Positions 48,981 through 59,218 of a DNA stretch of 61,641 bases are shown piece after piece. The position numbers and the translations under genes are program-made. This stretch comes from a virus. Under the pieces are notes generated by a model, which saw only the letters and a list, made by a program, of their open reading frames with translations, had not been told where the DNA came from and did not search any database. Every line of letters starts with the position of its first letter. The stretch's first letter is position 1. The stretch is from positions 104,628 to 166,268 of IMG/VR virus record IMGVR_UViG_3300020182_000008; one strand, written 5' to 3'.

Positions 48981-49226
48981 ATGGCGATCCTAGGAACAGA
49001 AAAAACATCCAATTTAAGTACAGGAGGAGTAAAACCTGATAATCTTGATATTTTAAGAGATTCAAACTTACATGATGTAGCTTCTTTAAGTGGTCAAGGT
49101 TTACCACAAGTAAATCCTGCAATAACAAAGCTACAACCTGCTAACCCATCAGATCTTGATTTAAATGGTGGTTTACCTAAAACAGGTACTTATAGAGATA
49201 ACGCACCTGAGGGGGCATCATTCTAA
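48981..49226 (+). CDS. Small tail-region hypothetical
   Basis: 81-aa ORF with late motif upstream. Confidence 0.6.
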   Translation: MAILGTEKTSNLSTGGVKPDNLDILRDSNLHDVASLSGQGLPQVNPAITKLQPANPSDLDLNGGLPKTGTYRDNAPEGASF

Positions 49227-49229
49227 AAA

Positions 49230-51059
49230 ATGGCTATAAAAGATCTATATAACGATCCTGATAGCTTTAAGTATAATTCAAAAGGTAATAAGTATACAAA
49301 AGATATTAGAGGTGGTGGTTCTTCAGGTCAACCTTTTATAAAGGCACCTGTACCTGATACCATTGACCAACTTAATAACTTAACTACCGAGGCATTAAGC
49401 TTAGACTATCCAATTCGTGGTGGTTCCTATGAGGAGCTAGCCGCTAGAACGGACTTTGCTCGTATAGATCGTTTTTTATTATCTTACCCTCAAGGTAAAG
49501 CATTTTTAGATAAACAAGCCGGGTTAAATTTATCTAACCCTTTAATGGAATCCCGTCAACAAGGTGGAAGACCAAACACTATGCAATATAGTGATGGTAG
49601 AAACCTAATGAAACAAATAGCTGAGGGTGGTACTGGATTCAGGTACCCACAAGCGGGATTAAATGAGAATGAACTTGGTTACATTGAAAACACATATCAA
49701 TATGTTGTATCACATAAACCAAAAGATAGAAATAGATTAGTTGCTTTATATAATTTTAAAGTAAACCCTTCACCTACAGATACATTTGAAGGAGGAGCCA
49801 TTGCTCGTGAACTAGGAATAAATGATTTAATTGATTCAGAATTATTTTTCTACCAAAATGGTCCTGGTTCATTATATGGTTTAGGTAGTACTACAATCCG
49901 TACTGCTACAGATGCTAAAAATCGACCCTTACTAACTAAAAACGCTCCTAATTTTACTGGTCCCTATTATCAAACTAATTTAGATAATATAGAAGTCCAA
50001 GCTAGACCAGTAACCACGTATCAATATTTTAGCACTTTAGGAGCAAGTAGAATATATCAGTTAGGAGATACTTTAACTGGTGTAAGTCAAGATAATCAAA
50101 TCCAAAATACTTATCAACAATCTAGTAAAGATTTTATTAGAGTAGAAAAGGTACCTGAAGTACCCACTACTACACAATACACCCAGCTTGGATATACAAT
50201 GGGGTATACTACTTTACTAAATCAAAAACCCCAAGGTGAAACTAATTCATCCCTTCCTTCTGAAGATTTTAGAAAAAATATTTTAGAACCACAAAAAGTT
50301 TTTTCTAGAGATTATAGAAATCGTAATGTAAACATAGCTACTAGAGTAGGAATAGGAAACCCTGGCAGTTCTTTACTAGACAGAACTGATATAGCAAATA
50401 CAAACCCAACTACCCAGGATAAGGTAAATATGTCTCCTTTAGTAACTAGAGGAAATGATGTCCCTGTTGAAAATGATGGTGAAGTAAGAGATTTAATAAA
50501 ATTCGCTTTTGAAACATTATCAAATAATAATGATGTAACCACCAGAGCTCATTTTAGAGCATTTTTAACTGGATTTAGTGATAGCCATAGTGCACAATGG
50601 GATTCAAAACGTTATGCTGGTAGAGGGGAAAATTTCTACACATACCAGGGATTTGATCGTGATGTAAGTTTTAATTTTAAAATTGCACCTCAATCACGTC
50701 CTGAATTAAAAGTGTTATATCAAAAATTTAACTTTTTAGTCTCTTCTCTTTATCCTGATTATACTGGTAATGGATTTATGAGAGGAAACATTACCAAATT
50801 AACCATAGGTGAATATTTTTATAGAGTACCTGGAATTATTACAGGATTAAATATAACTGTAAATGATGAATATCCTTGGGAAATAAAAATGACCCAACCC
50901 GAAGATGGGGCTGATGTAGATATGATGGAATTACCTCAAATTTTAGATGTAGCTGTTTCATTTAAACCTATTTTAGATGTTTTACCTAAAAAAGGTAGAA
51001 AAGTTCCAATAATAATGACTAACCTTGTTGAAAATAACTTCTTATCTCAAACATTTTAA
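49230..51059 (+). CDS. Baseplate tube initiator/cap protein (gp48/gp54-like C-terminal domain)
   Basis: FRAFLTGFSD...W...YAGRGE.FY.Y.GF.R..SFNF...LTIG. Confidence 0.7.
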   Translation: MAIKDLYNDPDSFKYNSKGNKYTKDIRGGGSSGQPFIKAPVPDTIDQLNNLTTEALSLDYPIRGGSYEELAARTDFARIDRFLLSYPQGKAFLDKQAGLNLSNPLMESRQQGGRPNTMQYSDGRNLMKQIAEGGTGFRYPQAGLNENELGYIENTYQYVVSHKPKDRNRLVALYNFKVNPSPTDTFEGGAIARELGINDLIDSELFFYQNGPGSLYGLGSTTIRTATDAKNRPLLTKNAPNFTGPYYQTNLDNIEVQARPVTTYQYFSTLGASRIYQLGDTLTGVSQDNQIQNTYQQSSKDFIRVEKVPEVPTTTQYTQLGYTMGYTTLLNQKPQGETNSSLPSEDFRKNILEPQKVFSRDYRNRNVNIATRVGIGNPGSSLLDRTDIANTNPTTQDKVNMSPLVTRGNDVPVENDGEVRDLIKFAFETLSNNNDVTTRAHFRAFLTGFSDSHSAQWDSKRYAGRGENFYTYQGFDRDVSFNFKIAPQSRPELKVLYQKFNFLVSSLYPDYTGNGFMRGNITKLTIGEYFYRVPGIITGLNITVNDEYPWEIKMTQPEDGADVDMMELPQILDVAVSFKPILDVLPKKGRKVPIIMTNLVENNFLSQTF

Positions 51060-51358
51060 TGGCAAGAAGATACGAAAATATAGGAACATATAAAGGAATT
51101 GGTGGTAAAGTAATTTATTTACCAACCCAATACCCTAACCTTGTACCTTCAAATGAAGATTATTATATTATATCGAGAGATCAAGATAGATTAGATTTAA
51201 TAGCATACGATTTTTACGGTGATGCTACTTTATGGTGGGTTATAGCTATGGCAAACGATTTACCTGGAGATTCAATGTTTCCTCCACTTGGTTTTCAATT
51301 AAGAGTACCTGCTAATATAGATGCAGCATTAAATGCTTTTGATGGCGCTAATAGTTAA
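51059..51358 (+). CDS. LysM-like baseplate wedge protein (gp53 / tail X-like)
   Basis: DRLDLIAYDFYGDATLWWVIAMAN...LRVP. Confidence 0.85.
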   Translation: MARRYENIGTYKGIGGKVIYLPTQYPNLVPSNEDYYIISRDQDRLDLIAYDFYGDATLWWVIAMANDLPGDSMFPPLGFQLRVPANIDAALNAFDGANS

Positions 51359-51366
51359 AAAATGTT

Positions 51367-54300
51367 ATGGCTAAATATAAAAATATTGTTGGTACTGGTT
51401 TATTAGATTACGTTCAAACACAAATTACAGAACGTGAACAAATAGTTAACCAACCAACCCGCACCCCAGACCAATTACAATGGTTAACTAATAGAACAGG
51501 ATGGTTTCGTCTTAGTTCAGGAGTTGACTTTAACCCCGCTCCTAAACCTCCAATAACTACTCTAGAAGGCCCAGGTAGAGGTAAAGAAGGTCCTGCTAAT
51601 CTTGTAGAAGTTTTTAATCCTGAAGGATATTCTGATAATTTAGCTAAACAATATGTTTTACAAAGTGGAACTGTTTCAACTACAGATGGAAATGATATAA
51701 ATTTAAAAAAAGGTTTTAGTGAAACTTATTCTCAAGGTGAAACTGATAAATTAGGTTATAAACCTATGCCTGGTATTACAGGTGTTAAAGTAGGCACCGG
51801 AGGTAGATGGCAAACCTTAATGCAAGCCGATATAGATTTTGTCTGTTATGACCTAGACCAGTTGGATATAATGACTAAACTTTATATGAGTTTAGGAACT
51901 AGTTTATTTTTAGAATGGGGACATACCCCTTATATTGATAATAATGGAACATTACAGAAAAACATTCGCCCAATTAATTTCTTTAGTTTTGATGATAAAG
52001 ATGAATTGTTACAAGCTATAACTAAAAAACGTCAAGATACTTTTGGTAACTATGATGGTATGGTAGGTACAGTTTATAATTTTGATTATAAATCAAATAA
52101 TGATGGTTCCTATAATTGTAGTGTTAAACTTATGGGGCCTGGGGGTATGTTAGAATCATTAAAAATTAATGGATCTATTAATATTGATTTTGATGCCGGG
52201 AAAAATATAGAAGCAGAAAAGTATTCTTCTACATTAGGAAATGCTTTATACGCTTTGCATAATTATTTATCTAAAAGAGATGATTTATTTAAAACTGAAA
52301 GAATAGCTTATTCTTCGGTTGGTCCCTCTTTAGTAAAAAGTGATTTTTCAACTGCTAAATTTGGTAAAATAGAACCCAAAGATTTCTTTAAAGGAGAACC
52401 TGAAAATAATGTTTGGGGTGGTATTGAAGAAACATTAGAAACTACTAATTGGGGTGAACTTTTAAATAGCATATATTCAGCAGCAACTTATAATAAAGTT
52501 TTTTTTAATAAAAATAACTCTGAAGTAGAATACAAATTAGATGTACAACCTCCCGCTTTACCTTCTCCTTTATCTAATTTTTCTGCTTTTGGAAATGCCT
52601 ATCAATTAGTAATGGGTCTAAAATCCCCAGAACTTAACGATGGTTTAAATACAATACCTACAGATTTTTATAGTGGTTATGCTAATATTTTAAAAACTGA
52701 AGAAAAAGAAAATCAAATAGGTACTTATATTACTTTAGGTCATTTATTTGCTTTAATTCAACATATAGGAGTTTTTACTGAAACTAAAGAAGGTATAACT
52801 TTAGATGCATCCCCTGATACTTCAACTTGTAAACCTATAGTATATCTTGATTACCACCCAGACAATACAGAAATTCTTACTGGTCCCTTAGAATGTAGTG
52901 TAGACCCAACTAAATGTTTAATACCATGGTCACCTACAGAAAAACCCTCTTCATTTTTTGCTCCACTAGATATTGATTCTGATTCTAAAGAAGAATGGTG
53001 GGGTGGTTTAGATAAATTAGGAAATAAATTTAAAAACTTTGTAAATTATCCTGATAAAAATAAAGTAAATCCTGTATTAGGTGATAGTTTTATGGGGAAA
53101 GTATTTAATATTTTAGTTAATCTTAAATTTGCTTATACTACTTTAGAAAGTCTATCAAATAATGAAGATAAAAGTGTTAATTTAATAGAATATGTAAATG
53201 CTATATTAGATGGTATTAATCTAAGTTTAGGTCAAGTTAATAATTTAAGAGCATTTGTTGGAGATGATGGTAAAGTATTAAGAATTATAGATGAAAATGT
53301 AGTAGAACCTTTAGTACCTGAAAAAATGATATCTATTCCTAACTTCGGGTTAAAATCTACAGTTTATGATTATGGTTTTAGTTCTAAAATTACCCCTAAG
53401 TTAGCTTCCCAAATAGTAATAGCTGCTCAAGCTAGAGACACAGGAGGTGTAAAACAATTTTCTGAAGATGTTTTATCATATCAGAGTATGAATGTTGGTA
53501 TTGTTGATAGATTTTCAACTACAAAACTCCCTGCTGTAATATCAAAATCAACCAAAGATAATACAGGTAAACTTAGAAAAACCTATCAAAAATTATACGA
53601 TCACATTTATTATTGCTACTCAGCAGATGATTCAGCTAATTTAGGATTAAAAATTAATAGTATTTCATCTTTAATTAATACTTTTTCATCTTTACAAGGA
53701 ATTAGAAAAAAAACAAATTCAAAAACAGCTGGTACTGCTTTAATTCCTTTAGAATTTAATTTGACAATGGATGGATTAGCAGGGGTTTTACCTTACAATG
53801 CTTTTTTAGTACCTAATAATAGATTACCTAAAAGTTATAGAAATAGAGTAGCGTTTTGTGTGTTTTCTATTAATCATAATTTAGACGATAATCGATGGAC
53901 TACTACTTTACGTGGCCAAACAATATTATTAGATAAACCTATATACATTAATACAACACAAACAATAAAAGCTACAGGAGGACCCGCTTTATCTCCTAAT
54001 TCTAATCTTATTGGTATAGATTTTCCTGAACAAGAATTAATCGGTTCAGAAGTTACTATAGGTAGTTCTAATATTTCTAATAATGAATATTCTCCTAAGA
54101 GACTACCCCCTTCAGATACTACAACAATATCAGATCAAACCACTACAGAAACATCCACCCAAACTACTACCACTCAATCCACTTCTACCCCAGACTTAGA
54201 TATTTTAGCTGCTATACCTTTTATAAAAGACCAAGAAGGATTTGAATCAGAACCTTATCCTGATCCTAAAGATGACCCTAATGGAAGACTTTCTATTGGA

Positions 54301-54672
54301 TATGGTAGTGATACTATAACAAAACCTGATGGTAGTTTTTATAAAATTACTAGAAAAAGTAGAGTAACTGAACAGGATGCTGAGCGTGATCTAATTCGTA
54401 GGATAAAAACAGAATTTAGACCTAGAGTAATTCAAAGATTAAGAGATAGAGGGGTAGATTATAATACTGTAGACACTAAAATACAAGTAGTATTTATAGA
54501 TCTAGCCTATAATTACGGTACCTTATTTTATGATTTTGTAGAAGCATATAAAGCAAATGGAAAACAAGGTGTGATAGAAGAGTTAAATAATAGGATTGAA
54601 CGTTTTGATCGTGGTGAACGAGGACAAGTAAAAACAAGAAGAATAGCTGAAAAAAGATACTTAGGAGGATAA
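51367..54672 (+). CDS. Baseplate hub protein with C-terminal lysozyme (GH24-like) domain
   Basis: PMPGI, LEWG, NYDGM.G, WTTTL hub motifs; IKDQEGF...D...SIGYG...AYNYG...RR.AE. Confidence 0.8.
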   Translation: MAKYKNIVGTGLLDYVQTQITEREQIVNQPTRTPDQLQWLTNRTGWFRLSSGVDFNPAPKPPITTLEGPGRGKEGPANLVEVFNPEGYSDNLAKQYVLQSGTVSTTDGNDINLKKGFSETYSQGETDKLGYKPMPGITGVKVGTGGRWQTLMQADIDFVCYDLDQLDIMTKLYMSLGTSLFLEWGHTPYIDNNGTLQKNIRPINFFSFDDKDELLQAITKKRQDTFGNYDGMVGTVYNFDYKSNNDGSYNCSVKLMGPGGMLESLKINGSINIDFDAGKNIEAEKYSSTLGNALYALHNYLSKRDDLFKTERIAYSSVGPSLVKSDFSTAKFGKIEPKDFFKGEPENNVWGGIEETLETTNWGELLNSIYSAATYNKVFFNKNNSEVEYKLDVQPPALPSPLSNFSAFGNAYQLVMGLKSPELNDGLNTIPTDFYSGYANILKTEEKENQIGTYITLGHLFALIQHIGVFTETKEGITLDASPDTSTCKPIVYLDYHPDNTEILTGPLECSVDPTKCLIPWSPTEKPSSFFAPLDIDSDSKEEWWGGLDKLGNKFKNFVNYPDKNKVNPVLGDSFMGKVFNILVNLKFAYTTLESLSNNEDKSVNLIEYVNAILDGINLSLGQVNNLRAFVGDDGKVLRIIDENVVEPLVPEKMISIPNFGLKSTVYDYGFSSKITPKLASQIVIAAQARDTGGVKQFSEDVLSYQSMNVGIVDRFSTTKLPAVISKSTKDNTGKLRKTYQKLYDHIYYCYSADDSANLGLKINSISSLINTFSSLQGIRKKTNSKTAGTALIPLEFNLTMDGLAGVLPYNAFLVPNNRLPKSYRNRVAFCVFSINHNLDDNRWTTTLRGQTILLDKPIYINTTQTIKATGGPALSPNSNLIGIDFPEQELIGSEVTIGSSNISNNEYSPKRLPPSDTTTISDQTTTETSTQTTTTQSTSTPDLDILAAIPFIKDQEGFESEPYPDPKDDPNGRLSIGYGSDTITKPDGSFYKITRKSRVTEQDAERDLIRRIKTEFRPRVIQRLRDRGVDYNTVDTKIQVVFIDLAYNYGTLFYDFVEAYKANGKQGVIEELNNRIERFDRGERGQVKTRRIAEKRYLGG

Positions 54673-55526
54673 TGGCATACGTACCAAAAAATATGGTTAA
54701 CCAAAACCTGTACACTAATGGTGGAGAATTTATAGACCCATCAACAGGTAAATACTATCAAGGATATTATCACCAATATTTTTCAGGTGAAATATTCTCT
54801 GGTAAAGGACCTACTGATGCTAATCGCAAAAGTTTAAGTAGTGCTCCTCCTGTTTCTAAACAAGCTCAAAATAATGTTCCAAACACTAAACAAAGTATAG
54901 ATTACCAAAGAGCTAAACCAACAGACCAAGAAATATACAAATTTGGTTTAACCCCTGAACCTTATTATCCTGTCCCTACTAGTCAGGATTATAAAAAGGG
55001 AGCATTTGTAAGATATTTTGCTAAAAAACGTAATCAATCTCCTCCTACTATTATAGAGATTGATAAAGTAACTCACGATGATTTAAGATCACAAAGAGGT
55101 AAATATAATTATGCTCTATGGACTGTAACTTCTTTATATTGGAAAATTACAGGGCCAATTTATGATTCTAAAGATAAATTTGGAGTATTAAAAGCAGGTA
55201 TTTATAATACTAATGAAAGAATAGTTAACGCCTCAAATGAACAATTTAGAGGTATAAAAGGTTACTTATCTGATCTAATACAATTTGCTCCTAAAGCAGA
55301 TTTAGAATTAGTATCTAACTTATATTCTGATAAAGGTCAATTAATTGTAAAATTAGATAATAGCAAATATGAAGGTTATTACCATTTAATGGCTGATGGT
55401 ACTATAATGGATGGTACAACACACAGTCAATCAAAAGGTATAACACTTTTAGCAGGAGACGTGTTAATTCAAAATCAAATTAGTACATTGATAAACACAG
55501 CATTAGGAAATCTTGGTGCAACATAA
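54672..55526 (+). CDS. Baseplate-region hypothetical
   Basis: Duplicated Y.GYYH...G motif; DYKKG...RYF.K. Confidence 0.65.
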   Translation: MAYVPKNMVNQNLYTNGGEFIDPSTGKYYQGYYHQYFSGEIFSGKGPTDANRKSLSSAPPVSKQAQNNVPNTKQSIDYQRAKPTDQEIYKFGLTPEPYYPVPTSQDYKKGAFVRYFAKKRNQSPPTIIEIDKVTHDDLRSQRGKYNYALWTVTSLYWKITGPIYDSKDKFGVLKAGIYNTNERIVNASNEQFRGIKGYLSDLIQFAPKADLELVSNLYSDKGQLIVKLDNSKYEGYYHLMADGTIMDGTTHSQSKGITLLAGDVLIQNQISTLINTALGNLGAT

Positions 55527-55544
55527 AGTTATGAATAAAAGGTT

Positions 55545-56843
55545 ATGTATTATATTGTCGAAACAGAAGAGCAGTTAAATAGACTGCATTGCAAAGGAAC
55601 AGACTGCTATATTCGAATCATTCCAATGAATGACGAGTACCATTCTGCTTTGACTTCACCTTGTCTTATATACTTTAAAACATTTGAAAGCAAAGGATAT
55701 ATTTTCCCTATTAACCATTCAGAGGCATTTAAATTGCCTTTAGATAAAGTTAAAGAATGGATAGAATCCAAATACGAGAAAATATACACTACAAATAAAA
55801 AGGAGTGTTTATATCACTTCGATTTACCAAAATTAATTGATATAGGTTATGATGATAATAATGTGGATCATTCTCTTATTAGGTCCCGTACTTTTGATAG
55901 GTATGGACATTTACCATTCTGCAATTCCTTGGTTCCGATCTCGAAGATATACGAGACGGAAGAAAAAATATTTGAAGAGATTAGAGAAACAATCCCAGAA
56001 CAAGTAAACGAATTTTATAACGATACTTTCCCTAGAGTATTTAAATCAATTGAAGAGCAGGGGTTAAGAGTACATCCTGATTATTTTGATAAACACTTTA
56101 AATATCATGAAAAACCATGGTTTTATCACGCAGATACAGTGTATTCTAAATACAACCTATATAATCTCACCACCCGCCCCACAAACTCATTTAACGGTGT
56201 TAACTTTGCTGCTTTAAATAAAAATGATGGTTCAAGAACAGCATTTATCCCTAAAAATGATATGTTCTTTGAATTCGATTACGATGCTTATCACGTGAGA
56301 ATCATGGCTAAACTAATTGATTTTCCATTAGACAGGGGCTCTGTCCATACCCAATTAGGGCGCATGTATTTCGGTAAAGATGAGCTGACTGAAGAAGAAT
56401 ATGCACAATCTAAAGAACTGACATTCAAACAGTTATATGGGGGTGTATTTAAAGAATATAAAGAGATACCTTTCTTTAAAGCAATGAATGAATACATAGA
56501 TAAACTATGGGCCCTATTTAATGCTACAGGAAAATTAGAGCTAGTAGGAGGTAAAATATTAGACAAAGAACAAATCCACAACCCTACACCAAATAAAATA
56601 CTAAACTATGTAATTCAGTCCGCAGAAACGCATAATAATGTAGTTTCTGTAAAACAAGTTATAGAATATTTGGAGGATAAACAAAGTAAGGTTATATTAT
56701 ACACATACGATTCATTCTTAATCGATTATGCAGTTGGAGATGGGAAGGAAGTATTAAAAAAAATCAAACGGTTATTAGAAATAAATGGTTTTGTAGTAAA
56801 GGTTGCGTATGGTCCTAACTACAATTCTTTAAAAGATATATAA
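55545..56843 (+). CDS. Short family-A DNA polymerase-like protein
   Basis: Motif A DYDAYHVR, motif B SKELTFKQLYG, NYVIQS, motif C YTYDS. Confidence 0.8.
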   Translation: MYYIVETEEQLNRLHCKGTDCYIRIIPMNDEYHSALTSPCLIYFKTFESKGYIFPINHSEAFKLPLDKVKEWIESKYEKIYTTNKKECLYHFDLPKLIDIGYDDNNVDHSLIRSRTFDRYGHLPFCNSLVPISKIYETEEKIFEEIRETIPEQVNEFYNDTFPRVFKSIEEQGLRVHPDYFDKHFKYHEKPWFYHADTVYSKYNLYNLTTRPTNSFNGVNFAALNKNDGSRTAFIPKNDMFFEFDYDAYHVRIMAKLIDFPLDRGSVHTQLGRMYFGKDELTEEEYAQSKELTFKQLYGGVFKEYKEIPFFKAMNEYIDKLWALFNATGKLELVGGKILDKEQIHNPTPNKILNYVIQSAETHNNVVSVKQVIEYLEDKQSKVILYTYDSFLIDYAVGDGKEVLKKIKRLLEINGFVVKVAYGPNYNSLKDI

Positions 56844-56851
56844 TATTTATT

Positions 56852-57268
56852 ATGGATTACGATATTAATTTTGACGATTTGGCAAATAAACTATTTTGCA
56901 CATTTACTAGCGAAGAACAACTAGAATCCACTGTAGATACTATAAAAGAACAATATCAAATCTTGTTTAACAAGATATTTGTTTTGTATGTAGAATCAAC
57001 TAACGAATATGTGTGCACATATAACGTAGATTCTTTTAATATGTCTGATACTATATTAGATAATACTATTCTTTTGCATAGAAAAAAAGAATCTAACACT
57101 TTATATACGATAAATGCACTAAACGATTTAATCCGTTCTTTAAATGGAGGTAGTTTAGATAAGAATTATAGAGTAAATTGGCAAGATTATCGCAACTGTA
57201 TTTTACTTACAACTAGTGGCGAGTTAAAAAAATTAGATACCAAAGTACACGAAATAATTAATTTCTAG
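56852..57268 (+). CDS. Hypothetical protein
   Basis: 138 aa; HRKKESNTLYTINALN; late motif upstream. Confidence 0.7.
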   Translation: MDYDINFDDLANKLFCTFTSEEQLESTVDTIKEQYQILFNKIFVLYVESTNEYVCTYNVDSFNMSDTILDNTILLHRKKESNTLYTINALNDLIRSLNGGSLDKNYRVNWQDYRNCILLTTSGELKKLDTKVHEIINF

Positions 57269-57269
57269 T

Positions 57270-57300
57270 TTGGTTATCTAAGAGTAGGTTATTATATTAA
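57270..57300 (+). promoter_or_regulatory. Host-type promoter TTG-N20-TATATTAA upstream of SSB
   Basis: TTTG at 57269, TATATTAA at 57293. Confidence 0.65.
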
Positions 57301-57326
57301 ACAAGTTATAAAAAAATAGTTATATT

Positions 57327-58133
57327 ATGAATTTAGATTTAATCTCAAGCAAGTTAGAAAAACTACAGGCCCCACAAGGTCAAAAATCAGACCAAAAGTT
57401 TGACAGAAGTCAGTATTTTTGGAAAGCTCCTATGGGCAAATCACAAATCCGTTTTGTGCCCTACAAGGAAAACAAAGAAAACCCATTTTCCGAAGTATTT
57501 TTTCACTATGGAATTGGAAACAGAACGATGATTTCACCTATCAATTATGGTGAAAAAGATCCTATCGTAGAGTTCTCAAAAGAATTACGTAAAACATCTG
57601 AACCTGAAAACTGGCGTTTAGCTAAAAAGTTAGAGCCCAAAATGAGAGTATTTGCTCCCGTTGTAGTCAGAGGTGAAGAAAATAAAGGCGTACGTTTTTG
57701 GGAATTTGGAAAACAAGTATATCAAGAACTACTTAGTTATGCTGCAGACGAAGACTACGGAGACTTTACAGACGTAGTATCTGGTTTAGACATGACAGTA
57801 GAAGTAGTTCAAGGTAATCCTTACCCACAAACTTCACTTAGAGTAAAACCAAAACAATCACCATTATCAGATGATAATGCTTCGGTTGAAAAATGGTTAG
57901 CTGACCAACCAGAATTGCTAAAATATTATAAGAAATATTCTTATGATGAAATGAAAACAGCACTTCAAGATTGGTTAAACCCAGAAGAATCTACTGGTGA
58001 AACAGCAACTGATACTCTATTAAATGATCCTTCAGATCTAGAGAAAAAATCTTCAGATCCTGGTTATACACTTAATGTCAAACAAAAAGAGACAGTAAGC
58101 GATAGCGATTTCGACGACTTATTTAAAGATTAA
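57327..58133 (+). CDS. Single-stranded DNA-binding protein (gp32-like)
   Basis: FWK...IRFVP, H, DPI.E, FGK..Y, D...G.D; acidic C-terminus DFDDLFKD. Confidence 0.8.
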   Translation: MNLDLISSKLEKLQAPQGQKSDQKFDRSQYFWKAPMGKSQIRFVPYKENKENPFSEVFFHYGIGNRTMISPINYGEKDPIVEFSKELRKTSEPENWRLAKKLEPKMRVFAPVVVRGEENKGVRFWEFGKQVYQELLSYAADEDYGDFTDVVSGLDMTVEVVQGNPYPQTSLRVKPKQSPLSDDNASVEKWLADQPELLKYYKKYSYDEMKTALQDWLNPEESTGETATDTLLNDPSDLEKKSSDPGYTLNVKQKETVSDSDFDDLFKD

Positions 58134-58138
58134 TTTTT

Positions 58139-59218
58139 ATGGCTAAAAAGAAAGCTAGCCTTGGAGGCGATATTTCCAAGGCTGTTAAGGGAACATTCTC
58201 CCTTGATAAGTTTAAAGCCGCTAAAGGCTTAGGAACAGCAAATAATACCTTTAAGGAACAGGAATGGATACCATTATCACCTGCTTGGCAGGAAATGGTA
58301 TCATTACCTGGTATTCCTCATGGTCACATTACATTATTACGTGGACACTCAGATTCAGGTAAAACAACTGCTTTATTAGAGGTAGCTGTTAACGCCCAAA
58401 AAATGGGAATTTTACCTGTGTTTATTGTTACTGAGATGAAATGGTCTTGGGAACATGCAATGATGATGGGCTTAGAAGTTGAGTTAACTAAAGACGAAAA
58501 TGGTCAAGTTACAAGTGTAGATGGTAATTTTATTTATGCTGATAGAGGTCAATTAGGTACTGTTGAAGCCGTTGCAGGATTTATGGCAGATCTAATGAAT
58601 GAACAAGCAAAAGGTAATTTACCAATGGATATGGTATTTTTATGGGATTCCATTGGATCTGTGCCTTGTCAAATGTCAGTTGAAAAAGCTAAAAACAATA
58701 ACGAGTGGAATGCTGGTGCAATGTCAACTCAATTTGGAAACTTTATCAACCAAGAAATTCTATTATCACGTAAAGAATCTTATCCATATACTAACTCGTT
58801 AGTTGCTGTTAATAAAATTTGGGTTGAAAAACCCATTGGACCTATGTCACCACCTATTATGAAAAACAAAGGTGGAAATACAATGTTCTTTGATTCAACT
58901 TTAATTGTTACATTTGGTAATATCTCTAATTCAGGTACTTTAAAAGTAAATGCTGTAAAAGATGGTAAGAAAGTAGAATGGGCTAAAAAGGTAAAAGTAG
59001 CAGTAGAGAAAAACCATATCTCAGGTGTTACAACTACAGGAAAAATTGTAGTTACCCCTCACGGATTTATATCTGATACTAAAAAAGATATAGACAATTA
59101 TAAAAAAGATCACCAATCAGAATGGGGAGCTATTTTAGGTGAAGGACCATTTGAAGTAGTATTAGAGGGATCAGACGAAGAAGACTTTAAAAATATAGCT
59201 TCTACGTCAGATGAATAA
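58139..59218 (+). CDS. uvsX: RecA/UvsX-like recombinase
   Basis: GIP.G.IT, GHSDSGKTT Walker A, WDSIG, KGG, EKNH. Confidence 0.88.
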   Translation: MAKKKASLGGDISKAVKGTFSLDKFKAAKGLGTANNTFKEQEWIPLSPAWQEMVSLPGIPHGHITLLRGHSDSGKTTALLEVAVNAQKMGILPVFIVTEMKWSWEHAMMMGLEVELTKDENGQVTSVDGNFIYADRGQLGTVEAVAGFMADLMNEQAKGNLPMDMVFLWDSIGSVPCQMSVEKAKNNNEWNAGAMSTQFGNFINQEILLSRKESYPYTNSLVAVNKIWVEKPIGPMSPPIMKNKGGNTMFFDSTLIVTFGNISNSGTLKVNAVKDGKKVEWAKKVKVAVEKNHISGVTTTGKIVVTPHGFISDTKKDIDNYKKDHQSEWGAILGEGPFEVVLEGSDEEDFKNIASTSDE

